64,000 nucleotides of DNA, taken from positions 12,352-76,351 of the forward strand of contig JAGBVH010000025.1 in NCBI GenBank assembly GCA_017630405.1, given 5' to 3'. Made by a program: the position numbers and the translations under genes. The notes under the pieces are model-generated. The model did not search any database. It was not told the DNA's origin and saw nothing but the letters and a program-made list of their open reading frames with translations. This stretch comes from Alphaproteobacteria bacterium. Its GTDB lineage: Bacteria; Pseudomonadota; Alphaproteobacteria; Rs-D84. Each line of letters begins with the position of its first letter. Position 1 is the first letter of the stretch. This document shows, piece after piece, positions 51,654 through 61,076 of this stretch.

Positions 51654-52130
51654 TCAATTAAACCAAATAAAAACCTGACCTTCAGGCGGGGTTCCGCTTG
51701 GTTCAGTTGTTGGCACCGTACTAAATCGAACATCATCAGCATCTGCCTTAGTATCCAATTTAGTATCTAGTTGTGTCTTGGTATAAATATCCGGCTTGTT
51801 CGCAATATAATCAGATGCAAATGGATCTGTCTGCTCCCAGTCCGGTGTCGTTACATTACCTCCAGACGAACCAAGAAAACTTTCAACATAGGATTTGTCA
51901 GCCTTGTTATCTAATTTATCATCAATTTCTGTCTTGGTATAAATATCTGGCTTGTTTGCGATATAATCGGACGCTGTTGAATCAGTTTGAGCCCAATTTG
52001 CCTGCTTTTGATTTATACTCGCAACAATGGCATCAACATAACTTTTACTGGCAATATTTGCGTGCGCAAAAGGCACGCACAAAACGGCGTTACAAATTAA
52101 CACCAGTAAAAATATTCGACGTGCTTTCAC
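51654..52130 (-). CDS. Secreted fibre-family protein with a duplicated tail-fibre repeat (C-terminal IWFN)
   Basis: AHA|NIASKSYVD; two copies of W-x-QTD-x-x-ASDYIANKPDIYTKT; ends PEGQVFIWFN. Confidence 0.8.
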   Translation of the reverse strand: MKARRIFLLVLICNAVLCVPFAHANIASKSYVDAIVASINQKQANWAQTDSTASDYIANKPDIYTKTEIDDKLDNKADKSYVESFLGSSGGNVTTPDWEQTDPFASDYIANKPDIYTKTQLDTKLDTKADADDVRFSTVPTTEPSGTPPEGQVFIWFN

Positions 52131-52156
52131 ATCCCTCTCACATAAAACCTAATACT

Positions 52157-52186
52157 ATTATACCAAAAACACGCCCCCTATAGCAA
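52157..52186 (-). promoter_or_regulatory. Sigma70-type promoter for the 52130-50296 operon
   Basis: Minus strand TTGCTA-18-TATAAT. Confidence 0.65.
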
Positions 52187-52200
52187 GCGGCACACAGCGC

Positions 52201-52220
52201 AAAAAAAAAAAAAAAAAAAA
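52201..52220. repeat. A20 homopolymer (T20 on the transcribed sense strand) just upstream of the -35
   Basis: Twenty consecutive A; the longest run seen in the window. Confidence 0.9.
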
Positions 52221-52321
52221 CGAAAAATCAATAGGTTACAGCAGCACCAAACAAACAACCACACATCCTCCAAAAAAAAGATATCGAATAAAAATTTAAT
52301 ACATTCCACCACTAACCCTAA

Positions 52322-52390
52322 TCAGAATGATTTAGATGTGGAACGGTCCCGACAACGTAGTGTACTTAACGCTACATGAGTTGTCGGCCG
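52322..52390 (+). repeat. Structured repeat family, copy 4
   Basis: TCAGAATGATTTAGA...CCGACAAC-GTAGTGTACTTAACGCTAC-ATGA-GTTGTCGG. Confidence 0.88.
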
Positions 52391-52416
52391 CCCCCCTTGC
52401 TTGTCGAAAAAATAAA

Positions 52417-52506
52417 TTAGAATGATTTAGATAAAAACAAATCGGGCATTGTAGTGTACAAGCGCTACATGAGATGCCCGATTTGTTTTTAGATGAATTA
52501 TTATAA
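52417..52506 (+). repeat. Structured repeat family, copy 5 (full length)
   Basis: TTAGAATGATTTAGA-TAAAAACAAATCGGGCAT...GTAGTGTACAAGCGCTACATGAG-ATGCCCGATTTGTTTTTA-GATGAATTATTATAA. Confidence 0.9.
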
Positions 52507-52512
52507 TTTATT

Positions 52513-54141
52513 TTAGTTGAGAGGTGCACCCCAATGCTGTTGAATAGTGCGTTCCGAATCCATCGGACTAATCAGAACCTGCGGAGTCAGGATAACAACC
52601 AAAACTTCGCGTGCCGCCTTGGTTTCACGAGAACCAGACAAAGCCATAAAGTCAGGATCGCCAAGACCATAACGAGTATCTTGATTTGTCTGTTTTTCAA
52701 ATCCAGATACAACTAACATTTGGCCTGATTCCATAATTACTTCCTGCATAAAACTACGTTCTTCAACTTCTGGCAACTGCAGCGTCACTTCACCAATTGT
52801 CTGGGTTGACATACGCAACAATTCACGCACAGACATACGGAACAACAACAGGATTTTGCCGTTTTCCAAAACATTTGGCAACAACTGCATTGTGAAACCT
52901 GTTTCCAAATCGTCCTGATCAACGGTACTTGATTCAACCGTTGTAAAATTACGCGATTCAAAACGTTTGATATAGCCGGTTGTACGAGTGTTGCTGACTG
53001 GCGCGACACGATTACTGCGAGTGGTCACACCCACATTTGTCACCAAGGACACCTTGCCCTGCTTAGCCAAAGCCTCGATAAGCGCGCTGCTGCCAGCCGC
53101 ACCTGACAAAGAACCATTCATAATCTGGTCATTGGTATATGCACCTTCAACCAAAGAACCATTTTCCATATGTGTCGCACCTGTCAAAGCCGAAACCGTA
53201 TTTGACAGAACCGCGATATTCATAGAACTTGCCTCGGTCGAAGCCAAATTATTCTTTGGATTGGCAACAATATTCAGTCCAGATGTGGAATTAATCGCCG
53301 CCGCCAAATTCAAACCAAACGCAGAATCATTAGAAATCGTAACCTGTAATACCTTTACATCAATTGTCACCAACTGGGACAGACGCTTGTTTTGACGATC
53401 AATGTATTCACTGATACGCGACAGAACCGATGGTGATGCGGTCACAGTAATCGTACCCAAACTGCGTGACACCGTGAAATTAGCATTTGAATTTTTACCT
53501 ATAATAGAAGAGATAGCACCTTCAACTTCGTCCCACTCTTTCAAAGTGGATTCCAAAGACACCTGATTACCATCATCCGTTGAAACCGCGGTTTGATATG
53601 CGACCTCGGTCCCCAGGGCATACAATGCAAATGTTCTTGTTTCTGTTTCATAGAACACAATCGAGTTTTTATCATAATACCACAGCAAATCTAAATCTGT
53701 CGCAACCTGAGATAACAAACCAGACAGTTTACCAGTATAGGCAACATTAATTGCCTTTCTTAACTTTTCATCAGAAACCTGACCATCAATTTTTACAGGA
53801 ATACCAGTAATTGAATAAACATCATTTGCAAACACCTGTAATGAGACAGGTTCATTTAATAATAATGTAACACCTGTATCTGTTTCAAACTGTGCTGGCA
53901 AATTATTACGATGTTCCAACACAATTGATTTATTACCCAACCAAACACCCTCGGACATAGAAACAGTGTCACTGCTGGCAACCTTGGCGCGTGGATTCTT
54001 GGCCATTTCAAACGCATCATAGGCATTGATAAAATCCTGATCCACAGATGCCGCAACCTTGGCTGATTCTTGCTTGGCACAACCAACCAGCGCGACACAA
54101 GCCAAAGTACAAACAAACAAGTTTCTGATTGTTTTTTTCAT
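52513..54141 (-). CDS. Type IVb pilus secretin, PilN/BfpB-like lipoprotein
   Basis: Lipobox LVGC; N-domain DLLWYYD...ETRTF; ITVTASPSVL; QLVTIDVKVL; ESGQMLVVSGFE; VVILTP. Confidence 0.85.
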   Translation of the reverse strand: MKKTIRNLFVCTLACVALVGCAKQESAKVAASVDQDFINAYDAFEMAKNPRAKVASSDTVSMSEGVWLGNKSIVLEHRNNLPAQFETDTGVTLLLNEPVSLQVFANDVYSITGIPVKIDGQVSDEKLRKAINVAYTGKLSGLLSQVATDLDLLWYYDKNSIVFYETETRTFALYALGTEVAYQTAVSTDDGNQVSLESTLKEWDEVEGAISSIIGKNSNANFTVSRSLGTITVTASPSVLSRISEYIDRQNKRLSQLVTIDVKVLQVTISNDSAFGLNLAAAINSTSGLNIVANPKNNLASTEASSMNIAVLSNTVSALTGATHMENGSLVEGAYTNDQIMNGSLSGAAGSSALIEALAKQGKVSLVTNVGVTTRSNRVAPVSNTRTTGYIKRFESRNFTTVESSTVDQDDLETGFTMQLLPNVLENGKILLLFRMSVRELLRMSTQTIGEVTLQLPEVEERSFMQEVIMESGQMLVVSGFEKQTNQDTRYGLGDPDFMALSGSRETKAAREVLVVILTPQVLISPMDSERTIQQHWGAPLN

Positions 54142-54167
54142 TTATATATCTCCTACAGCATCCTGTT

Positions 54168-55067
54168 TTATTCTTCGTTTGTAGAAATTACCAACACTCT
54201 ATTACCTTTATAGAACTTTGCATATGGGATTGGTGTCGCACGCCCAAAGTTACGAACCAACGCAGAAGCCACATCAACAAAGCGTCCTTTAAACACAGCA
54301 CTGGCTTCGACTGGATATTCACGTGATGTTGCCCATACCAAATCCCAGCCTTCTTTATTGCACCAGTTCTGTAAAACTTCACGCAAGGTCTGACCATTTG
54401 CCACAACCCAAGAACGAACCTGATCAGTCAGAACAGCTGGCGCTTCCGCATCAGCTGAAACATCAACCGCGATTTCTGTTTCTTCTACCTCGACCGCTTC
54501 AGGTTTTTCTGTCTTCATACCCATTCTGACTGCAAACGCTTCATAACCATCGGCATATTTGCCACAATTTTTACGACCGCTGCGCGATACAGCCAGAACA
54601 TTACCACCATCATCTTCTAAAACCTCGCGATGCAACAAAGGCATTTCGGACTCATTTGCGCATTCATCATCGAACCCAACAGGAATCTGAGTACCATGCA
54701 ACATATTCGCGCCACCAGACCAACCACCAAAATCACCACGCGCCCCCAGATTGATATTATTTTCAACCACCAAATCCGCACCTATTTTGGAAACGATGCG
54801 AATATTATCGGACTTGTCACAGTCTGTGCATTCCACTTCCCTACATTCAACCTCGGCCGCGGCATCCGAACCTGCAATTGGCCACGCTGGCACCTCTGGC
54901 ATTTGGGCGACTTCGTCCTCTACCTGATAAACATCCACATCATCGCGGACAAATTTTTCCTGTTCATAGAACACTTCTGATGTGACAACCTGTGGCAAAG
55001 TTTCAGCCGCAAAGCAATAGCCAGCAGCCGTTGCGAACATCGCTACAATCAAAATCTTGCGAAACAT
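54168..55067 (-). CDS. TcpQ/PilL-like type IVb pilus protein
   Basis: Signal peptide; C-terminal WVVANGQTLREVLQNWC...W.LVW...YP...FYKGNRVLVI TcpQ-type domain; start at MFRKIL. Confidence 0.75.
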   Translation of the reverse strand: MFRKILIVAMFATAAGYCFAAETLPQVVTSEVFYEQEKFVRDDVDVYQVEDEVAQMPEVPAWPIAGSDAAAEVECREVECTDCDKSDNIRIVSKIGADLVVENNINLGARGDFGGWSGGANMLHGTQIPVGFDDECANESEMPLLHREVLEDDGGNVLAVSRSGRKNCGKYADGYEAFAVRMGMKTEKPEAVEVEETEIAVDVSADAEAPAVLTDQVRSWVVANGQTLREVLQNWCNKEGWDLVWATSREYPVEASAVFKGRFVDVASALVRNFGRATPIPYAKFYKGNRVLVISTNEE

Positions 55068-55098
55068 ATCGGGTCTTCCTTTCCTATTTATAGTATTT

Positions 55099-55127
55099 AT
55101 TATAACAATTTGACCGAATCTGTGCAA
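55099..55127 (-). promoter_or_regulatory. Sigma70-type promoter for the pilL/pilN-like operon
   Basis: Minus strand TTGCAC-17-TATAAT. Confidence 0.7.
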
Positions 55128-55242
55128 GACCTAAAACACACATAAAACAAACAAATTTTATTTATCCAAAGATAAAATCGCACGAATCGCGAAAAGATGT
55201 TATACTAGTCCCCAGAAACACATATATGCACAGGAGTTTTTT

Positions 55243-55785
55243 ATGCAAAACACTATCATTTTCAGCCTTTTCAGTCTTGTTGTTATACTTACAGGTGTCG
55301 CACTTTGGTACATATACCGCACAAATTCGCGCATTTCAGACATGAACAAAACATTGGAACACCAGTACAACCTGATTGTAAAGATGCAGTCCATACTGAA
55401 AAACAAGTACGCAACAAACGCAGTTGCTGAAAACGCCGAAATGATTTACCAAGACCTGTTGCAAAGCCTGATTCCAATTATGGCAGCTATTGACATTATG
55501 CCACGCAATACATCCGAGCATCCACTTTGGCGTGCACTTGGCGGAATTATGGACGAATACGCAAAAAATCCCTTTACATTGGAAAAACTTCGTCGCAGCA
55601 TTAAACTGGACACAGAAATTGCCCGCAACGTGGATAACTACATGCGCCGCGCGGACACATTTTTGCATCATTTAACAACAACGGAACCAGACGGATTACT
55701 GGCCACAACATTTACAGACGGACTGCTTGGCAAATCATTAACCTTCTTTGCCCAGGCAAAACAATTGGCCAACCAAGAAAACTAG
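55243..55785 (+). CDS. Hypothetical protein with N-terminal TM anchor and coiled coil
   Basis: AGGAG RBS; 180 aa. Confidence 0.75.
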   Translation: MQNTIIFSLFSLVVILTGVALWYIYRTNSRISDMNKTLEHQYNLIVKMQSILKNKYATNAVAENAEMIYQDLLQSLIPIMAAIDIMPRNTSEHPLWRALGGIMDEYAKNPFTLEKLRRSIKLDTEIARNVDNYMRRADTFLHHLTTTEPDGLLATTFTDGLLGKSLTFFAQAKQLANQEN

Positions 55786-55786
55786 G

Positions 55787-57115
55787 ATGACGGTATTATC
55801 TGAAAATCTTATTCGCGAAATATCTGCCAAACGCAACGAACCAGATTGGCTTTTACAATGGCGTATTGCGGCATATAATGCCTGGAAAAAAATGTCCGAA
55901 CCCCATTGGGCGGAAATAGACTATGCACCAATCGACTATGACAGCCTGAATTATTACAACGAACCTGCCCCCATCGACAATTCTGATTTAGAATCTGTAT
56001 ACGACAAAATGGGCCTACCAGAAAGTGAAAAACGCGCTCTGCTGGGCATGGCAACAGATACTGTTATCGACAGCAAATCCGTACACACTTCATACACAGC
56101 CGAACTTGAGAAATTAGGGATTATATTTTTGCCATTTTCCGAAGCGGTCGAAAAACATCCAGATTTGGTAAAAAAATACCTTGGCAGTGTCGTACCAGCA
56201 ACCGATAATTTTTATGCCGCATTAAATGCTGCCGTTTTTTCAGACGGAACTTTTGTATACATCCCCAAAGACACAAAATGCCCAATTGACTTGGCCAGTT
56301 ATTTTCGCATAGAAACCGCGAAAATCGGTCAATTTGAACGCACGCTTATTATCGCAGATACTGGCTCGACATTAAGTTATATGGAAGGTTGCAGCGCGCC
56401 GCGCCGTCCAAATCATCAACTACACAGCGGCGTGGTGGAAATCATCGCGCACGACAACGCCACCGTTAAATACGCAACCGTTCAGAACTGGTTCGCAGGC
56501 GATTATAAAAACAATAAAAGCACAGGCGGCATATTAAACTTTGTCACCAAGCGCGGCCGATGCGATAAAAACGCGCGTCTTGACTGGACCCAGGTTGAAA
56601 TCGGTTCAGCCATGACATGGAAATATCCATCAACCGTCCTTGCGGGTGATGGCGCACAAAGCGACTTTTATTCCCTGTCAATCACACGCGGTGGTCAACA
56701 GGCAGACACCGGCACAAAAATGCTGCACATTGGCAATAACACAAAATCAAATATTGTTTCATATGGTGTAGCAACCGATGCATCCCGCCAAACATTTCGC
56801 AGTCTTGTATCTTTTACTGGCAACGAGTGTATCAACGCATCCAAATGCGACAGCCGCATCATAGGCGATAACGCTGTGGCAAATACCCTGCCCCGCATTA
56901 TACATATTGGCATAAACAACACCCAAAATCACGAGGCTACAACCGGTGCTATCGATGCAGCGACATTAAATTATTTAAATTCCGCGGGCATAGAAACCGA
57001 CACCGCAATCGCACTTATAGTCGGGGCAACCGCAGCGCCCGTTTTATCAAGACTGCCCATGGAATTTTTGGTTGAGTCAAAACAACTTATACAAATGGCA
57101 TTATCAAAGGATTAA
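55787..57115 (+). CDS. sufB: Fe-S cluster assembly scaffold SufB
   Basis: EPDWLLQWR, AALNAAVFSDGTFVYIPK, GQFERTLII, YMEGCSAP, WKYPS, QQADTG, KCDS, HEAT. Confidence 0.93.
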   Translation: MTVLSENLIREISAKRNEPDWLLQWRIAAYNAWKKMSEPHWAEIDYAPIDYDSLNYYNEPAPIDNSDLESVYDKMGLPESEKRALLGMATDTVIDSKSVHTSYTAELEKLGIIFLPFSEAVEKHPDLVKKYLGSVVPATDNFYAALNAAVFSDGTFVYIPKDTKCPIDLASYFRIETAKIGQFERTLIIADTGSTLSYMEGCSAPRRPNHQLHSGVVEIIAHDNATVKYATVQNWFAGDYKNNKSTGGILNFVTKRGRCDKNARLDWTQVEIGSAMTWKYPSTVLAGDGAQSDFYSLSITRGGQQADTGTKMLHIGNNTKSNIVSYGVATDASRQTFRSLVSFTGNECINASKCDSRIIGDNAVANTLPRIIHIGINNTQNHEATTGAIDAATLNYLNSAGIETDTAIALIVGATAAPVLSRLPMEFLVESKQLIQMALSKD

Positions 57116-57118
57116 ACG

Positions 57119-57796
57119 ATGCTGAAAATAAAAAACTTATCCGTATCTTTTGGCGACAAAGAGTTGTTGCATAACATAAATCTGGAAATAAAATCCGGCG
57201 AACGCCATCTGTTATCCGGCCATAACGGTTCTGGCAAATCCACATTAGCACAAACAATTGCTGGCAACCCAGACTATAAAATAACATCCGGAAACATTAT
57301 TTTTGAAAATCGCGATATTACAAACGAAAACACGACCACACGCGCATTATTAGGAATATTTCTGGGTGCACAAAATGTACCTGAAATCCCCGGGCTTTCC
57401 GTCACCAGTTTTCTTAAACACTCGTGCATTGCGCACACACACTTTCAAACTGGCCGCGACCTGTCTATGGGCGAATTTCTGACAAAACTAGAAGCCGCAC
57501 GCGAACAACTAAACATCCCGCAACAGTGGCTTGGTCGCAGCATAAATGTCGGATTTTCTGGTGGGGAACGAAAAAAATTAATGCTGTTACGACTGTTGAT
57601 GACCGAACCAAAACTTGCCATTTTGGACGAACCTGATTCAGGTGCAGATGCCGAAACCCAGAAACTTATTGCAGACACAATACACAAAATGTCGAACACA
57701 ACATTTATCTTTATCAGTCACCAAAAAAACTTTACAGATTTGGTAAAACCAACTGACATAACAACTTTATCACATGGTGAAATTATGATAAAATAA
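57119..57796 (+). CDS. sufC: Fe-S assembly ABC ATPase SufC
   Basis: GHNGSGKST, PEIPG, NVGFSGGERKK, ILDEPDSG. Confidence 0.9.
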   Translation: MLKIKNLSVSFGDKELLHNINLEIKSGERHLLSGHNGSGKSTLAQTIAGNPDYKITSGNIIFENRDITNENTTTRALLGIFLGAQNVPEIPGLSVTSFLKHSCIAHTHFQTGRDLSMGEFLTKLEAAREQLNIPQQWLGRSINVGFSGGERKKLMLLRLLMTEPKLAILDEPDSGADAETQKLIADTIHKMSNTTFIFISHQKNFTDLVKPTDITTLSHGEIMIK

Positions 57797-57821
57797 TCAC
57801 TATCAAGGAAAGGAGAATCCC

Positions 57822-58679
57822 ATGAAACAACGTACTCGCTCAATTATGTCCCAATGGATATTCTGGACACCATTAAAATTCGCCCTAACATCGTTTTTCA
57901 TGACAACCTTGGCCATAGTAATATCTTTGTTATTGGCACATATCCTTACCATCAGCGGCACACAAATCACTATAATACTTCTTACAATATCGGCATTTAT
58001 CTATTCATTGATACATACTTTCAAAAAATTACCTAAAATAAAACTCGACCAGTACAATTACATCGCGCTGAATAACTCAATAATTATTGCGACATACATA
58101 TTTTTTACTGTGGTTGCCATATTAAACCTCGTGTCAATCGAAGTAATACTTCAAAAGACGCTTTTCTGCCAAATTGTATTTTTATTCTTGGGTGGCATTA
58201 CAATACTATACCTACTCGGGTTGATGGCTCTTGGCATATACACACAGTATCTTCGCGTACGCGAATTAGGTATTTCAAAATGGAAAGCACTATGCAGCCT
58301 GCCTTTTGGCTTTGGTATGTTAAGCACCGCCGGCTATCTGCTGAACGATACAAAAAAATCAAAAAAAGAACAAATCACAGAATCCAAATGGTATTCAAAA
58401 CTTACCGATTGGATTACTGCATCTGACACAAACACAGTTATCACATTTATATTCATTACATTATTCAATGGAATAATCATTGGCTTTGGTACAATTTTAT
58501 GGACCTTAACCTATCTGCTTGTATTTGCTATCTGGACATTAAAGGTTGGTCGCAAACAACTTATGAAAAACATTGGCAAAGGATATTCAACATTGGCAGC
58601 GACAATCAATATTGTATCCATAATCGCATTTATAAGTTTAACAATACTGGCCGCACAACAAATCGCTCTATACGCATAA
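57822..58679 (+). CDS. Polytopic membrane protein (DUF805-like segment)
   Basis: Multiple TM helices; LRVRELGISKW resembles the DUF805 RxxDxGxSxW motif. Confidence 0.6.
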   Translation: MKQRTRSIMSQWIFWTPLKFALTSFFMTTLAIVISLLLAHILTISGTQITIILLTISAFIYSLIHTFKKLPKIKLDQYNYIALNNSIIIATYIFFTVVAILNLVSIEVILQKTLFCQIVFLFLGGITILYLLGLMALGIYTQYLRVRELGISKWKALCSLPFGFGMLSTAGYLLNDTKKSKKEQITESKWYSKLTDWITASDTNTVITFIFITLFNGIIIGFGTILWTLTYLLVFAIWTLKVGRKQLMKNIGKGYSTLAATINIVSIIAFISLTILAAQQIALYA

Positions 58680-58708
58680 TTTTCTGTAACACAAAGGATT
58701 AAACAATC

Positions 58709-59752
58709 ATGAACACACTATTTTCTTTTATAATACTAACCCTGCTGTTATGGATGGGGCGTTCAATATTTATCCCACTGCTAGTGGCATTATTCTTGTG
58801 GTATCTGATTAATGCTGTTGCAGACTATTGCAGAAAAATATTCCCATATAAAAACCCAACCACACGACCACAACGCATTTGGTCACATATATTCGATTGG
58901 ACATCAAACATTATGTCCATTTCGGCAATATGCGGTTTGATATACCTGTTCGCGACACAGGTACGACCAATGTTCACAGAGCTGACAGCATCCCTGCCGG
59001 CTATACAATCCAAACTGACAGAACTTGGCACATATCTATCTTCTTCTATCGGGTTCAAGTTTGACGCATCCATGATACCAAACATAACACAAATTGCGGC
59101 AAACATAGGTTCCTCCCTTGCGGGAATCGCCGCATCCATGGGCATGGTATTGGTATATATGATATTTATGTTTGTAGAACAAAGCACATTTAATAAGAAA
59201 CTAGCAGTATTGTTCCCAAACAAACGCCAATCTAAAAAATCCAAATACATACTTAACAGCATCGACACAAACATGAAGAAGTATTTGTTTGTAAAAACAA
59301 CTATTTCGGCGATTACAGGCGTTGCATCATATTTCTGGCTTCAGTTTATCGGTGTAGAATTTGCAGGCATCTGGGCATTCATTGTATTTGTCACCAGTTA
59401 TATCCCAACAATTGGCGCAATTGTGGCATGCAGTTTGCCAATACTATACTCGCTGGCAACATCTGGCACACTGCAACAACCGATACTGGTTGCAGTTGGC
59501 TTAATCGCATTACAAATCATATTCGGAAACATATTAGAACCAAAATTCACAGGCAAAACATTAAACCTGTCCACACTTGCTATATTGATAAATCTTGTGT
59601 TCTGGGGAATGATTTGGGGCATTGCCGGCATGTTCTTTAGTGTACCATTACTGGTGGCCACATACATCATATGTGCCCAGTTTGATTCAACGCGTCCTAT
59701 TGCGATTTTACTGTCTGCCGATGGCAATATACCGGATAAACGCGAAGAATAA
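58709..59752 (+). CDS. AI-2E family transporter
   Basis: IFIPLLVA, YLFVKT, SYIPTIG, GNILEPK, WGMIWGIAGMFFSVPL. Confidence 0.9.
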   Translation: MNTLFSFIILTLLLWMGRSIFIPLLVALFLWYLINAVADYCRKIFPYKNPTTRPQRIWSHIFDWTSNIMSISAICGLIYLFATQVRPMFTELTASLPAIQSKLTELGTYLSSSIGFKFDASMIPNITQIAANIGSSLAGIAASMGMVLVYMIFMFVEQSTFNKKLAVLFPNKRQSKKSKYILNSIDTNMKKYLFVKTTISAITGVASYFWLQFIGVEFAGIWAFIVFVTSYIPTIGAIVACSLPILYSLATSGTLQQPILVAVGLIALQIIFGNILEPKFTGKTLNLSTLAILINLVFWGMIWGIAGMFFSVPLLVATYIICAQFDSTRPIAILLSADGNIPDKREE

Positions 59753-59788
59753 AAAAACGCGCTATACGCATAAAAAACGGGCTTTTTA

Positions 59789-60238
59789 TTAAGCCCGTTT
59801 TATTAAAGCAATTGCATTTTCAAGTATCACGCGCGCCGATTCAGAATCTAGTTTTTGTTTCAAATCACGCACACGAACCAGCCCCATACTTTCCTGTGCC
59901 GACACCGATGTCAGATTTTCTTCTATCAACACAATTGGCAATTCAATTTGTTGTGAAAGCGTATTAACAAAATCCCGAACCTGCTTGGTTGTTTCAGATT
60001 CCCCGCCGTCATTATAGACCGGCAAACCAACAACTATTGCGGTTGCGCCCTCTTCCTGTGCAAAATTTGCCACCAACTCCGCATGATTTACCGCGTTACG
60101 TGGCAAAACAATCGCATCACGCGCAAAAACAAATTCCTGTGACGGATCAGAAACCGCGACACCAATTCTGCGCAATCCCCAGTCAACCCCAACTATGCGC
60201 CCAGCGCGCGGAAAAGCCTTGAAATCTGCCAAAATCAT
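59789..60238 (-). CDS. ruvX: YqgF/RuvX RNase H-fold nuclease
   Basis: VGVDWGLRRIGVAVSD, VVGLP, EENLTS, LDSESARVIL. Confidence 0.92.
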   Translation of the reverse strand: MILADFKAFPRAGRIVGVDWGLRRIGVAVSDPSQEFVFARDAIVLPRNAVNHAELVANFAQEEGATAIVVGLPVYNDGGESETTKQVRDFVNTLSQQIELPIVLIEENLTSVSAQESMGLVRVRDLKQKLDSESARVILENAIALIKRA

Positions 60239-60275
60239 TGTATAATCCCTTTACTTTACAAATATAGGATTGAAA

Positions 60276-60572
60276 ATGGCATTTAGCAAGCAACAATTAC
60301 AAAAATTCGCAGACCTAATTAAGATTGAAATTTCCGATGAAAAATTGGCTGAAATGAATATCGATTCCGTGGTTGAATGGCTGGATAAATTACAGAAAAT
60401 CGACACAACTGGTGTTGAACCATTATTAAATCCAGTTGAACATAAACTGCCACGCCGCGAAGATATTGTCACAGATGGCGGCATCCGCGACTTGGTCTTG
60501 GCCAACACACCGGACAATTCCGGCACATCACGTGGCTATTTCGCAGTACCAAAGGTTATGGACGGGGAATAA
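60276..60572 (+). CDS. gatC: Asp/Glu-tRNA amidotransferase subunit C
   Basis: LQKIDTTGVEP, REDIVTD, YFAVPKV. Confidence 0.9.
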   Translation: MAFSKQQLQKFADLIKIEISDEKLAEMNIDSVVEWLDKLQKIDTTGVEPLLNPVEHKLPRREDIVTDGGIRDLVLANTPDNSGTSRGYFAVPKVMDGE

Positions 60573-60579
60573 TAAATCC

Positions 60580-61074
60580 ATGAAAAAACCAATCGCAGTA
60601 AATTTTGTAGAATACATGCCGTACGAAGAAATCCCAAATCATGTCATCACATTGGGCATGATATCGACTGACGATGCAATTAAACTGATGGACATATTTG
60701 CGAATCCGCATCAATCAGCATTTCTTGGCACAATTCAAAATTCTCCAAAATTACAAGAATTGCTAAAATCAGGCAATGTTGCACCAAACGCATGTATTAA
60801 AACATTGTGCCTGCGATATCAGGACCAAATAAACTTTGGCCACATGCCGGCCGGCGAATATCGTTATCGCTCGCTGGATATTGATGGTCCGTTCTATTTG
60901 GATACCAATCCACAATGTGTAAAAGACACAAACAACAGAAAATGGAACGACACAGCAAAACTAAAATGCTGCGCGCGCAATTTACGCGACGGCAAATGCA
61001 CTGACGAATTTATAAAAAACACATTGGGTGCAATACTTTACCCAGAACATTATGACACACAAAAAAAGAGATAA
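60580..61074 (+). CDS. Hypothetical Cys-containing protein, paralog 1
   Basis: Start MKKPIA; shares NAC...FG...YR.R.L.I...GKCTDEFI.NTLG.I..P.HY with the next ORF. Confidence 0.75.
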   Translation: MKKPIAVNFVEYMPYEEIPNHVITLGMISTDDAIKLMDIFANPHQSAFLGTIQNSPKLQELLKSGNVAPNACIKTLCLRYQDQINFGHMPAGEYRYRSLDIDGPFYLDTNPQCVKDTNNRKWNDTAKLKCCARNLRDGKCTDEFIKNTLGAILYPEHYDTQKKR

Positions 61075-61076
61075 TA

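Noticed and set aside
55787-57796. Pseudogenised suf operon
   Set aside because: Both ORFs are intact with key motifs and no remnants of sufD or sufS follow
58669-58700. dif site
   Set aside because: XerC-like half is not followed by a TTATG-type XerD arm at 6-bp spacing
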